Source of the DNA: Clostridia bacterium
GTDB taxonomy: Bacteria > Bacillota > Clostridia > Oscillospirales > CAG-272
Direction: 5' to 3'
Assembly (NCBI GenBank): GCA_017471825.1
Contig: JAFURQ010000007.1
Location: forward strand, 28,036-92,035
DNA length: 64,000 nucleotides
The notes beneath the pieces are model-generated. The model did no database searches. It was not told the DNA's origin and was given only the letters and a program-made list of their open reading frames with translations. The translations under genes were made by a program, and so were the position numbers. This document shows, piece after piece, positions 1-10,300 of the stretch (the first letter of the stretch is position 1; every line of letters starts with the position of its first letter).

Positions 1-422
1 CCCTTCTGTGCGCCCCTGTGCGACCTCTTCTTTGCCGCGCTCTTTACCTCGTGCGCACTCTTAACGTATAAATTTATCACCGACTCAATGGACTCTCGCA
101 GAGCTGCCCTCAATTCCTTCGGCATCGTCCTCGTCTTTCGGTAAAGCTGTAAAAGCCGTACCTCGTCCTCGGACAGCTCCGCCCCATCCTTTTTTAGCGG
201 CATATCGAGAATTTCACTAACCCCGATGTTCAGCTCCTCTGCGAGCCTCGGCAGCATTTTCATATACGATGCACTCCTGCCCCTGCGCCAGTTGTTTACC
301 GTCTTGTCGGCAAGCCCCATCGCGCGCTCAAAGGCGGCATCACTTTCAAATTCCGAATCAATAAGCGCAAGCACGCGCCTGCGAATTCGCTCGGAATCCT
401 CAACCTTGATTTTTTCGTCCAT
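1..422 (-). CDS. XRE/Cro-like helix-turn-helix regulator (3' end runs off the window; absent from the ORF track)
   Basis: Manual translation from ATG at 422: MDEKIKVEDSERIRRRVLALIDSEFESDAAFERAMGLADKTVNNWRRGRSASYMKMLPRLAEELNIGVSEILD..., HTH-like 'TVNNWRRG'; frame open to the window edge; starts 6 nt after the flavin reductase stop. Confidence 0.75.
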   Translation of the reverse strand, partial: MDEKIKVEDSERIRRRVLALIDSEFESDAAFERAMGLADKTVNNWRRGRSASYMKMLPRLAEELNIGVSEILDMPLKKDGAELSEDEVRLLQLYRKTRTMPKELRAALRESIESVINLYVKSAHEVKSAAKKRSHRGAQK

Positions 423-428
423 TTTTAT

Positions 429-1010
429 TTATTTCCCTCTCGGTCTTTTCTTCTTTTTTGCCGCGCTGAAGCCGAAATTACCGAGCTTCTTGCCAAGCGA
501 AAAATACTCTCCGTGCGAATACGCAATAAGATGCGCACGGTCAAGGCATATCTTTCCCCTCTCGTCAAGAAGGCTCTCGTCGCAGGATACGCTCACAATA
601 TCCGCCATAAATACGTTGTGCGTTCCGCTCTCCATCACCTGAAACACCTTGCACTCCAGCGCAAGCGGCGACTCGGCTATCGTGGGCGCGCTGACGCATT
701 TACTCGGCACCCGTGTCAAATTACACTTCTCAAATTTGTCAACCTTCGCACCCGTGAACACACCGACGTAATCGGTTGCCCTCGCGAGCTGCTCGGTTGT
801 GAGGTTTATTACAAACTCACCGCGCTCGGTGAGATATTTGTGTGAATGTCTGCCCGGACGAACCGATATATAAGCTCTTGCGGGGTCGGTCGAAAGTATT
901 CCGCACCAGGCCACCGTCAGAACGTTGCTGTCCTCCATATCTCCGACGGTTACCATAACCGCAGGCACGGGGCCAAGAAGCGTTCCCGCCTTAAAATCAA
1001 GTCTTGCCAT
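429..1010 (-). CDS. Flavin reductase-like (flavoredoxin/DIM6-NTAB family) protein
   Basis: PVPAVMVT...NVLTVAW...GEFVINL...PTIAESPLALEC...GTH motifs; start moved to ATG 1010 (MARLDFK), which has a GGAG RBS. Confidence 0.85.
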   Translation of the reverse strand: MARLDFKAGTLLGPVPAVMVTVGDMEDSNVLTVAWCGILSTDPARAYISVRPGRHSHKYLTERGEFVINLTTEQLARATDYVGVFTGAKVDKFEKCNLTRVPSKCVSAPTIAESPLALECKVFQVMESGTHNVFMADIVSVSCDESLLDERGKICLDRAHLIAYSHGEYFSLGKKLGNFGFSAAKKKKRPRGK

Positions 1011-1091
1011 ATTAACTCCGTTCCGTCGCCAAAGGCGACAGTATTTTGATAGCTTTGCAACCGAGAAGCTTAATTCTCGGAGCACAGTATC

Positions 1092-1147
1092 ATTATAGCA
1101 GATTTTACGAAAATTGTAAACACTTTTACGAAAATTCGTATTTTACG
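1092..1147 (-). promoter_or_regulatory. Sigma-A promoter for the flavin reductase-XRE operon with tandem operator-like repeats
   Basis: Minus strand TTTACA(1120-1115)-17 nt-TATAAT(1097-1092); TTTTACGAAAATT occurs twice (1103, 1124), the first within the palindrome TTTAC-GAAAATT-GTAAA over the -35. Confidence 0.6.
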
Positions 1148-1264
1148 CCAAATCACCGCATTTTCATAAAATAGTGTATTAGTTTTTATACTTTTGTATA
1201 GAATTATTCATAATTTGTGTGTAAAATAATAGTTGAATTATTGCAACAGAAAGAAGATGATAGG

Positions 1265-4159
1265 ATGCTTCAATTAAGAGACATCAAAAAGGACTACGTC
1301 ACCTCCTCCGAAACGGTGGCGGCGCTGAAGGGTGTAACCCTCTCCTTCAGACAGTGCGAATTTGTTTCCATTCTCGGCCCCTCGGGCTGCGGCAAAACCA
1401 CGATGCTCAACATCATAGGCGGCCTCGACCACTACACCTCGGGCGACCTTATCATATCGGGCAAAAGCACGAAGGAATACCGCGACAGAGATTGGGACGT
1501 TTACAGAAACCACAGAATAGGCTTTATATTCCAGAGCTATAACCTCATACCTCACCAGACCGTGCTCGGCAACGTCGAGCTCGCCCTCACCATATCGGGC
1601 ATCTCGCGTGAGGAGCGTATCGCTCGCGCAAAGCTCGCCCTCGACCGCGTAGGACTCGCAGGACAGTATTATAAGCGCCCCAATCAGCTCTCGGGCGGTC
1701 AGTGCCAGCGCGTCGCCATAGCGCGCGCCCTCGTAAACGACCCCGAAATTCTCCTTGCCGACGAGCCCACAGGCGCCCTCGATACCGCAACCTCAAAGCA
1801 GATAATGGATCTCATCAGGGAGATCTCCGGCGAGCGCCTCGTAATAATGGTAACCCATAACCCCGAAATAGCCGAGGAGTATTCCTCGCGTATCATAAGA
1901 CTCCGCGACGGCGTCGTTATCGAGGACACCAATCCCTTCTCCCCCGAGGAAGAGGAGGCGGAGGTCGCCGCAATTCTCGCCAAGGAGGCAGAGGAAGAAG
2001 CGGCAGAGGAGGCAGAGCAAAAAGCCACCGCCGAGGCAACCGGCAAGAAAATCAAGCAGAAAAAACCGAAGAAGGAAAAAGCGAAAATGTCCTTCTTCAC
2101 CGCCTTTATGCTCTCCGCGAGAAACCTTCTGTCAAAGAAGGGCAGAACCGCTATGGTCGGCTTCGCCGGCTCCATAGGCATCATCGGCATCGCAATGGTC
2201 CTCGCCTTCTCCGCAGGCATCAAGGGCTATATCGCCTCAATGCAGGACGATATGCTCTCAGGCAACCCCATCGAAATCGCGGAAACAGGCTTTAACGCAA
2301 GCGCCGTTGCCGACCTTATGGAAATGTCAGAGCTCAAGAATATCGACAAGCTCTCCGATAAGGTTTATATCACCAGCACGGTTGAAAATCTCGCCGAAAT
2401 GAACGAAAGCCTCGAGCGTCTGTTCAAGGCAAACACCATCTCGCGTGAATACGTCGAGTACGTCAAGGCAATGCCCAAGGAAGCATACAACGCTATGCTT
2501 TTGAGCTACGGCATAAATATGTCCACCAACATATTTACCGATTTCAAATATAACACAGACGCAGATTCCGAGCACATCTCGGTAAAGCGGCTCATAGACG
2601 TCTATACCTCGGTCCTCAAGGAAACCGAGTACGCGCAGTATTCGTCGTTCATCCCCTACCTCGTTCCGTCTATGCAGCAGGCTCCGTCCAATAACGACTA
2701 CATTCTCTCGCAGTACGACCTGCTCGGAGATAGCGAAATCGCAGACGACGCAGGCGAAATAATGCTCGTCCTGAATCCCGACGACGAAATCTCCGACCTT
2801 CTTCTCGCCGCCTTCGGCTATTATACGCAGGAGGAATTTCTCGCCATAGTCGATAAGGCAACGGCAGAAAACGAGGAGGAATTCAACAGCAAATCGGTCT
2901 ACCGCGAATATTTCGATTACGACGAGCTCCTTGGCAAAAAATTCGTCTGGTATCCCACCGACACCGTGTTCACCAAGGCACAGTCGGGCGACCCAACCGC
3001 GTTGAACGGCACCTACAAATATAACTCTCAATTCACGGGTGACGCCATAGGCGCAGAGGGCGGCGTTGAGCTGAAGGTCGTGGGTATCCTCACCCCCAAG
3101 GACACCGTTTCCTACGGCTGTCTTTCCGCAGGTATATACTACACCGAGGCACTCACCAATCACATTCTTGAGACTAACGCCGAGTCGGAGTACATCGACT
3201 ACCTTCTCTCCCCCACAGCGCTTACCGAAATAGGCTCGAGAACCTTCCCCATCGTTAACCCCGACGACCCCGAAAACCCCACCATTCTCAGCCTCATATT
3301 CTCATCTCTTTACACCTACACCTACCGCTATGACGACCCCACCACCCCCGAGGATGAGTCACTGCTCAACAGCGTTGACAATCCCGACACCCCCAATGTA
3401 GACGAATCAAAAATTCCCGTAATCAAAACGGGAATGGGCGTAATCTCCCCCTCGTCCTCAGGTATATCACCCGCGGCTCTTATGGGCTTCGGCGGTGGCT
3501 CCTCTAACACCGTTGAGGATAGCAGAGATACACTGATCCGCAACCTCGGCGGCAACAATGTTGCAAACAATATCCTCATTTACCCCACCTCGTTTGACGA
3601 AAAGGACCTCGTCACCGACTACCTTGATAAATGGAGCGACGAAAACGCCGTCATCACCGTAAACGGAGTGGAAATTCCGCCCGAGCAAAGAGTTCAGGTA
3701 ACCTACACCGATACCCTCGAGCTCGTTATCTCTATGATAAACACGATGATAGACATCATCTCCTACGCCCTCATAGCCTTCACGTCGGTATCGCTCGTCG
3801 TTTCCACGGTTATGATAGGCATAATAACCTATGTGTCTGTTGTTGAAAGAATAAAGGAAATCGGCGTTATCCGCTCTCTCGGCGGACGCAAGAAGGACGT
3901 TTCTCACCTCTTCAATGCCGAAACCTTCATTATCGGACTTCTCGCAGGCATATTCGGCGTCGGAGCAACCTACCTCATCTCCGTCATAGTAAACCTCATT
4001 CTGAAGCCGCTCATCGGCTACGCAAGCATCGCGGCGCTTCCCCTCAGCAACGCACTGCTGCTTGTCCTGCTCAGCGTGCTTCTCACCTGCATCTCGGGAC
4101 TTATCCCCGCAAGAAGCGCGGCGAACAAGGATCCCGTAGTAGCCCTTCGCACAGAATAA
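1265..4159 (+). CDS. MacB/FtsX-type ABC transporter, fused ATPase + permease with large extracellular domain
   Basis: Walker A GPSGCGKT, LSGGQCQRVAIARAL, LLADEPTGALD; C-terminal FtsX permease 'SVVERIKEIGVIRSLG...DPVVALRTE'; start MLQLRDIKK at 1265. Confidence 0.92.
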   Translation: MLQLRDIKKDYVTSSETVAALKGVTLSFRQCEFVSILGPSGCGKTTMLNIIGGLDHYTSGDLIISGKSTKEYRDRDWDVYRNHRIGFIFQSYNLIPHQTVLGNVELALTISGISREERIARAKLALDRVGLAGQYYKRPNQLSGGQCQRVAIARALVNDPEILLADEPTGALDTATSKQIMDLIREISGERLVIMVTHNPEIAEEYSSRIIRLRDGVVIEDTNPFSPEEEEAEVAAILAKEAEEEAAEEAEQKATAEATGKKIKQKKPKKEKAKMSFFTAFMLSARNLLSKKGRTAMVGFAGSIGIIGIAMVLAFSAGIKGYIASMQDDMLSGNPIEIAETGFNASAVADLMEMSELKNIDKLSDKVYITSTVENLAEMNESLERLFKANTISREYVEYVKAMPKEAYNAMLLSYGINMSTNIFTDFKYNTDADSEHISVKRLIDVYTSVLKETEYAQYSSFIPYLVPSMQQAPSNNDYILSQYDLLGDSEIADDAGEIMLVLNPDDEISDLLLAAFGYYTQEEFLAIVDKATAENEEEFNSKSVYREYFDYDELLGKKFVWYPTDTVFTKAQSGDPTALNGTYKYNSQFTGDAIGAEGGVELKVVGILTPKDTVSYGCLSAGIYYTEALTNHILETNAESEYIDYLLSPTALTEIGSRTFPIVNPDDPENPTILSLIFSSLYTYTYRYDDPTTPEDESLLNSVDNPDTPNVDESKIPVIKTGMGVISPSSSGISPAALMGFGGGSSNTVEDSRDTLIRNLGGNNVANNILIYPTSFDEKDLVTDYLDKWSDENAVITVNGVEIPPEQRVQVTYTDTLELVISMINTMIDIISYALIAFTSVSLVVSTVMIGIITYVSVVERIKEIGVIRSLGGRKKDVSHLFNAETFIIGLLAGIFGVGATYLISVIVNLILKPLIGYASIAALPLSNALLLVLLSVLLTCISGLIPARSAANKDPVVALRTE

Positions 4160-4163
4160 TTTT

Positions 4164-4226
4164 AAGGCAGAGCGATTGGCGTGTTCTCCGTTAAGGATAG
4201 CGCGCTAAATCGGTCTGCTTTATTTT
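4164..4226 (+). terminator. Long imperfect hairpin followed by T-rich run after the ABC gene
   Basis: AAGGCAGA...TCTGCTTT outer stem with inner CGATT/AATCG pairing, then TATTTT. Confidence 0.5.
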
Positions 4227-4245
4227 ATAAATATATTTGAGCAGG

Positions 4246-4274
4246 TTGACAACACTCCCTAAATATGATAAAAT
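4246..4274 (+). promoter_or_regulatory. Sigma-A promoter with extended -10
   Basis: TTGACA(4246)-17 nt-TAAAAT(4269), preceded by TG. Confidence 0.7.
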
Positions 4275-4309
4275 CATTAGTTGAAGAATAAGACTTAATT
4301 GGAGGCACT

Positions 4310-4933
4310 ATGCTTAAGGTTGAAAGAATTTCGGTTATGAATATGGAAAATGCCATCAGAGGAGCGAGAAACCCCCTCAACAGCTGGGCAAGAATGGACA
4401 GCTATTACGACGAGGATGGCAATTTCGTCCTCGGTGAAAACGATATATCCCTCGCCACAAGACTTGCGAAGGCAGGTAGCGACCACAGAAAATATCTCCG
4501 TCAAATAATCGTAAGCATGGATATTACCGCTCCGCTCTATTGGTGGAAGGAGTTTGACACCTACAAGGTCGGAACCGTTGCAAATTCCACCTCAACAATG
4601 CATAAAATTCAGGCAAAGGAGTTCACAAGAGCCGATTTCTCCTGTGAAAAGCTTACGGGAAAATCGCTTGAGGTTATGGACTCGGTCATCTCCTGTCTTG
4701 AGGAGGAAAGACTCAAATTTATAGAAACCAAGGATAAGGCAAACTGGATAAATATGATCCAGCTTCTTCCCTCGTCCTACAATCAGCTCCGCACCGTAAC
4801 ACTCAACTATGAGGTTCTCATAAATATCTATTACGCGCGCAAAACGCATAAGCTCACCGAGTGGCACACCCTTTGCGAAGCAATCGAATCGCTTCCCTAT
4901 GCGGATAAGCTTATACTCGTCAAGGAAAAATAA
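4310..4933 (+). CDS. ThyX/Thy1-fold-like conserved hypothetical protein
   Basis: DHRKYLRQI, APLYWWKEFDTY, QLLPSSY and RKTHKLTEW segments align by eye with the ThyX layout; canonical RHRx7S motif absent; GGAGG RBS. Confidence 0.6.
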   Translation: MLKVERISVMNMENAIRGARNPLNSWARMDSYYDEDGNFVLGENDISLATRLAKAGSDHRKYLRQIIVSMDITAPLYWWKEFDTYKVGTVANSTSTMHKIQAKEFTRADFSCEKLTGKSLEVMDSVISCLEEERLKFIETKDKANWINMIQLLPSSYNQLRTVTLNYEVLINIYYARKTHKLTEWHTLCEAIESLPYADKLILVKEK

Positions 4934-4959
4934 TCTCTGAAAAGCTTTTTGGAGGATTT

Positions 4960-6744
4960 ATGGAAAACACAATAAGAATAGTCGCCGCCGCGCCGAAAAT
5001 ACGCCTGTGCGACGTCGAATATAACCTCGACCTATTCATAAACGAAGCGGCTCGCGCCGAAAAGAACGGAGCCGAAATAATAGTATTCCCCGAGCTCGCG
5101 CTCACGGGCGCAACCGCAGGCGACCTCTATTTTTCGGAGGTGCTTACCTCGGCGGCAGAGAACGCCCTGCTCGACTATGCAGAGGCTACGAAAGAATATA
5201 AAATTTTGAGCTTCGTAGGTCTGCCTCTCCGTGTCGGCGGTGCCGTATATAACGCGGTTGCCGCAATTTCCGAGGGCGAAATTATAGGAATTACGGCAAA
5301 GAGTGAGCACTCGCGCCACTTTGCCCCCGTAATCTCCGATATGACCGTCACACTCGGTGATATGAGCGCCATTATGCGCTCGAATTCGGTGTACTCAACT
5401 GAGAAGCACGGCACCCGTGTGAAAATTTTTGTCAAAATCGGCGATAGCAACGAGCCCATTCCCGAGGGCGTCAGCATCATAATCAACCCCACCGCCACAC
5501 CCGAATATGTCGGCATCGCGGCAAAAAGGCGCCGCGAGCTTTTGAGCCTCTCTTCACGCCTCGGTGTCAGCGCCGTGCTCTGCGGAGCATCTGAGGGCGA
5601 GAGCGGCACCGACGGTATTTATGCCGCGGCTCGACTTGCCGCAGCAGACAGGAAAATACTCTGCGAGGCTCCCCTCTTCTCGGGTGAGCAGCTTGTTTGC
5701 GATATTCCCACCTGTCCTGCCGAGGCAAAGGCAGAGCCTACCGCAACCGAAGAAAAAATACCGAAATTCCCCTTTATTCCCGAGGATAAGACAGAGCTTG
5801 ATTTAGCTCTCACCCTTCAGGCGCGCGCCCTCGCAGGCAGAATGGAGCGCGCATATATCAAAACCGCCGTTTTGGGCGTGTCAGGCGGACTCGATTCCAC
5901 CCTCGCACTGCTCGTTGCGGCGCACGCTATGGACGTTTTGGGCAAGCCGCGCACTGACGTTATCGCCATCACTATGCCCTGCTTCGGCACCAGCTCGCGC
6001 ACCAAATCAAACGCCCTCGCTCTTGCCGAGCTCCTCGGCTGTACTCTAAGGACAATCGACATCAAGGAAGCCGTGAGCGTTCATTTCAAGGACATCGGCC
6101 ACAGCGAAAACGATTACAGCGTCGTATACGAAAACGCGCAAGCGCGTGAGCGCACACAGATTCTTATGGACGTTTCCAATGCTACGGGCGGTCTTGTTGT
6201 CGGCACGGGCGACCTGTCCGAGCTCGCTCTCGGCTTTGCCACCTACGGCGGCGACCATCTCTCAATGTACGGAGTCAACGCATCAGTGCCGAAAACTCTT
6301 ATGCGCGCTATGATAGCACGCTATGCAGAGAATGCAAGAGCGGCAGGTAACGAAAGGCTCGCCACCGTTCTTTTCGACGTTATTAACACCCCCGTCAGCC
6401 CCGAGCTTCTTCCCACAGAGCGCGGTGAGGAAAACGGTCAGCACACAGAGAAAATCGTCGGCCCCTACGAGCTTCACGACTTTTTCCTCTACTGCACGGT
6501 TAAGCACCGCCTCTCCCCCGCGAAAATTCTCGCACTCGCAAGCGAGGCATTCGGCGGCGAATATACAGAAGCAGAGCTTCGCTCCTATCTCGGCATTTTT
6601 ATATCCCGATTCTTCTCACAGCAATTCAAGCGCTCCTGTATGCCCGACGGACCCCGTGTGACGGAAATCTCCCTTTCACCGCGCTCAGCCTGGCAGATGC
6701 CATCCGATTGCAGTGCGGCTCTTTGGAAAAAATCCCTTCAGTAA
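4960..6744 (+). CDS. nadE: NAD+ synthetase, two-domain (nitrilase-like + synthetase)
   Basis: FPELALTG N-domain; GVSGGLDST PP-loop, ENAQARERTQILMD, GTGDLSE, QQFKRSCMPDGP. Confidence 0.93.
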   Translation: MENTIRIVAAAPKIRLCDVEYNLDLFINEAARAEKNGAEIIVFPELALTGATAGDLYFSEVLTSAAENALLDYAEATKEYKILSFVGLPLRVGGAVYNAVAAISEGEIIGITAKSEHSRHFAPVISDMTVTLGDMSAIMRSNSVYSTEKHGTRVKIFVKIGDSNEPIPEGVSIIINPTATPEYVGIAAKRRRELLSLSSRLGVSAVLCGASEGESGTDGIYAAARLAAADRKILCEAPLFSGEQLVCDIPTCPAEAKAEPTATEEKIPKFPFIPEDKTELDLALTLQARALAGRMERAYIKTAVLGVSGGLDSTLALLVAAHAMDVLGKPRTDVIAITMPCFGTSSRTKSNALALAELLGCTLRTIDIKEAVSVHFKDIGHSENDYSVVYENAQARERTQILMDVSNATGGLVVGTGDLSELALGFATYGGDHLSMYGVNASVPKTLMRAMIARYAENARAAGNERLATVLFDVINTPVSPELLPTERGEENGQHTEKIVGPYELHDFFLYCTVKHRLSPAKILALASEAFGGEYTEAELRSYLGIFISRFFSQQFKRSCMPDGPRVTEISLSPRSAWQMPSDCSAALWKKSLQ

Positions 6745-6753
6745 AGGTGACCG

Positions 6754-7377
6754 ATGAGTAACATTTTTGACCTGTTTAAGAAAATAGAAAAAAAGGACGA
6801 CAACAGCCCCCTCTCCCATATCATAGTGGGACTCGGCAATCCCGGTGCCGAGTATGAAAAAACCCGACACAACGCAGGCTATCTCGCGATAGACAGCATA
6901 GCCGAGCGGTGCGGCGTGAAAATTGACAGAGTAAAATTTCACGCCCTTATCGGTGAGGCGCGCATCTGCGAGCACCGCGTGCTTTTGATGAAGCCCACCA
7001 CCTATATGAACAACTCGGGCGTCGCGGTATCCGAGGCGGCATCGTTCTACAAAATCCCACCCGAGAATATAATCGTATTGCACGACGAGATAAGCTTTGA
7101 GCCGGGAGCCTTCAGAATCAGACGTAAGGGCTCCGCAGGCGGTCACAACGGACTGAAAAGCATTATAGAGCATCTGGGCTCCGATGCATTTCCGCGTATC
7201 AAGCTCGGGGTAGGAAAAAAGCCCACCCCCGAATACGACCTCGCCGCTTGGGTGCTCGGTAAGCTTCCGAAGGAGGCAGCCGACGCACTTTCCGCAAGAT
7301 TTGGCGACGTATTTTCATCTCTTGAGCTTATCCTCACTGACAAAATCGAAGAAGCAATGAATAAATATTCAAAATAA
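6754..7377 (+). CDS. pth: Peptidyl-tRNA hydrolase
   Basis: IVGLGNPG..Y..TRHNAG, KPTTYMNNSG, GSAGGHNGLKSI. Confidence 0.97.
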   Translation: MSNIFDLFKKIEKKDDNSPLSHIIVGLGNPGAEYEKTRHNAGYLAIDSIAERCGVKIDRVKFHALIGEARICEHRVLLMKPTTYMNNSGVAVSEAASFYKIPPENIIVLHDEISFEPGAFRIRRKGSAGGHNGLKSIIEHLGSDAFPRIKLGVGKKPTPEYDLAAWVLGKLPKEAADALSARFGDVFSSLELILTDKIEEAMNKYSK

Positions 7378-7387
7378 AGGGGTAATT

Positions 7388-10300
7388 ATGCATAACATCC
7401 CCGCCCTGATCCGACAGGACAAGGAGTTCGCCGAGTCACTCTCGGCGCTCCTCGAGCAGCTGTCGGCAAAATCCCCCCTTCCGCTGATTATCAACGGACT
7501 CTCGGGGGGCAGCGCGGACGCGTACCTTATCGAAAGCATCCGAGCCCTCACGGGCTCCTCGGCTCAGTCGGACTCCTCGGCTCCGTCGGGCTCCTCGGCT
7601 CCGTCAGGCTCCTCGGCTCACTCGGACCTCGCCGCCCCGCGCGGCAGAGCGCCTGCCGTCGTGCTCGCGGCGAGCGACGCCGAGAGGGGACGGCTCTGCC
7701 GCCTGCTTTGCGATTTCGGAATACGCGCGCTCGAGTTCAAGCCGCGCGACCTTGTTTTCCATAACATCAGCGCCTCTTGCGACGTAGACCGCGAGAGGCT
7801 TTCGGTGCTTGACGCGATATTGCGCGGCGAGTGCGACGCGCTCGTCACCACGCCCTCGGCGGCGGTGGCGTTCACTGTTCCACGTGAAACATTTGCAAAT
7901 TGCGCGGTCGCTTTGCGCGTCGGTGCGGAATTTCCGCCCGAGGAGCTGACGGAAAGGCTCGCGGCGCTCGGCTTCAGCCGCACGGATATGGTCGAATCGG
8001 CAGGGCAGTTCTCGCGGCGCGGAGATATTGTCGATATTTGGGCTTCGGCGTCGGAGCTGCCGATCCGTGTCGAATTTTTCGGCGACGAAATCGACCGAAT
8101 CGCCTATTTTGACGCGCAGACTCAGCGCTCCGAGGGGGCGGTCGAGGAGGCTCGGCTGCTGCCGGCGAGAGAGGTTCTGCTATCGGCGGAGGCGCGAGCG
8201 CGTGTGATCGCCGAAATCGACCGCCTGACAGCGCGCGCCGCAAAGGGCGGCGCGAAGGCCTCGGGGGGCGCGGAAGGCTCGAGGGGCGCGAGGGGCGGCT
8301 CTGGCGACGGAGAGCGCGAGGCGGACGGCTCGGCGGGCGAGGCGCTGACGAAGCTCGGACACGAGCGGGCGCTGCTCGCGGCGGGGCTCGATATTGACTC
8401 GCGCGACCGATATATTAGTATAATTTACCAAAAACACGAGTGTGTTTTAGACTACGTTACGAGTCGGGGTCGGGCGGCGATATTCGTGCTCGGCACCAAT
8501 GAGGTGCGTGAGGAGCTCTCACGGGCGCAGGCGCACATCAAGGAGCAACGCGCGGCTATGATTGAGGGCGGACTCATAAGCGAGTCTCTGGCTAAATATT
8601 CGGGCGGTACGACAGAGCTCGACAAATTTCTCTCGGAGTGTGCGACGGTCCACATAAACGCCTTTGCCGGCGGTGTAGGCTCGCTTCGCGCGGCGGGGCT
8701 CTTCGGCTTCAGAGCGCGGCGCTCCACGCCATACGGCAGCTCCCCCTCCCTGCTCTATGAGGACGTACGAGCCTTCAGAAAATCGGGGTACCGCACGGTT
8801 ATAATCACGGACAACGCGCAGGGGGCGGATTCTCTCGTTTCGGCGATGGCAAACGAGGATATTTATGCATCGGCTATCTACGGGCGCGAGGGCTTTGCCA
8901 TAGAGGCGGCGGAGCCCGGGACGGTTTTCGTAACGGTCGGGCGGTTTGACGGATTCGAGCTTATTGTGCCGAAAATTGCCGTTCTATCAATGGCGACGCC
9001 CGAGGGGCGCGCCATTATGGAGAAGCGCAGACAGAAGCGAATTCTCAAGCGCGTCGGCGGTGCGGGACAGCGACTGATGAGCTATGCCGACCTTTCAGTT
9101 GGAGATTACGTCGTTCACGCGAATTACGGTATCGGTCTGTTCGAGGGAATCGAGGCTGTTACCGTCAACGGCGTGACGAAGGACTATATAAAAATACAGT
9201 ACGCCGGTACGGATAAGCTCTTCGTCCCATGCGACAAGCTGGAGATGATAGGCAAATATATCGGCGCGCGCGACGATACGGGCAAGGTAAAGCTGTCGAA
9301 AATGGGCGGCGGAGACTGGACACGCGCGAAAACGAGGGCAAAGACAGCGGCAAGGGATATGGCAAAGGACCTTATTCGCCTTTATGCCGAGAGGCAGAGG
9401 CTGCCCGGCTTTGCTTTTCCTGCCGATTCCGAGATGGAGGACGAATTTGCCGCGGGCTTCGAGTATGAGGAAACCGAGTCACAGCTGGTGGCTATCGAGG
9501 AAATAAAGCGCGATATGATGCGCCCCGTGCCTATGAACAGACTGCTGTGCGGTGACGTTGGCTTCGGAAAAACCGAGGTTGCACTGCGTGCGGCGTTCAA
9601 GGCTATAATGGGCGGCAAGCAGGTCGCGATACTCGTGCCCACGACTATTCTGGCGCTTCAGCACTTCACCACTGCCACCTCACGCATGCGCGGATATCCT
9701 GTAACGGTGGAAATGATTTCACGCTTCAGGACGCCGAAGCAGCAGGAAAAAATACTGAAAAACACCGCACGGGGTGCGGTTGACATACTCATCGGCACCC
9801 ACAAGCTCCTATCCAAAAACGTGCAGTTCCGCGACCTCGGTCTCCTTATAATCGACGAGGAGCAGCGCTTTGGAGTGGCGCAAAAGGAGAAGCTGAAGCA
9901 GATGGCGAAAAACGTCGACGTGCTCACCCTCTCGGCGACACCCATTCCGCGCACGCTCAATATGGCTATGAACGGAATCAGCGATATGTCGATTCTCGAC
10001 GAGGCACCGGGAGCGCGCCGCCCCGTTCAGACCTACGTGCTTGAATACGACGATGCTATACTCTTTGACGCTATGCGGCGCGAGCTGGCGCGCGGCGGTC
10101 AGGTTCTCTACATTTATAATAAGATAGACGACATCGACGTGGTTGCCACAAAAATTATGCAGGCATTGCCGAATGCGAGGGTTGCGACCGCGCACGGTGC
10201 AATGGACAAGGACGAGCTCGAGGATATATGGGGAGAGCTTGTCAGGGCGAAGATAGATATTATCGTCTGCACCACTATAATAGAAACAGGTGTGGACCTG

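Noticed and set aside
4225-4272. NrdR boxes upstream of the ThyX-like gene
   Set aside because: AT-rich segments match the consensus poorly, unlike the clear boxes at nrdD
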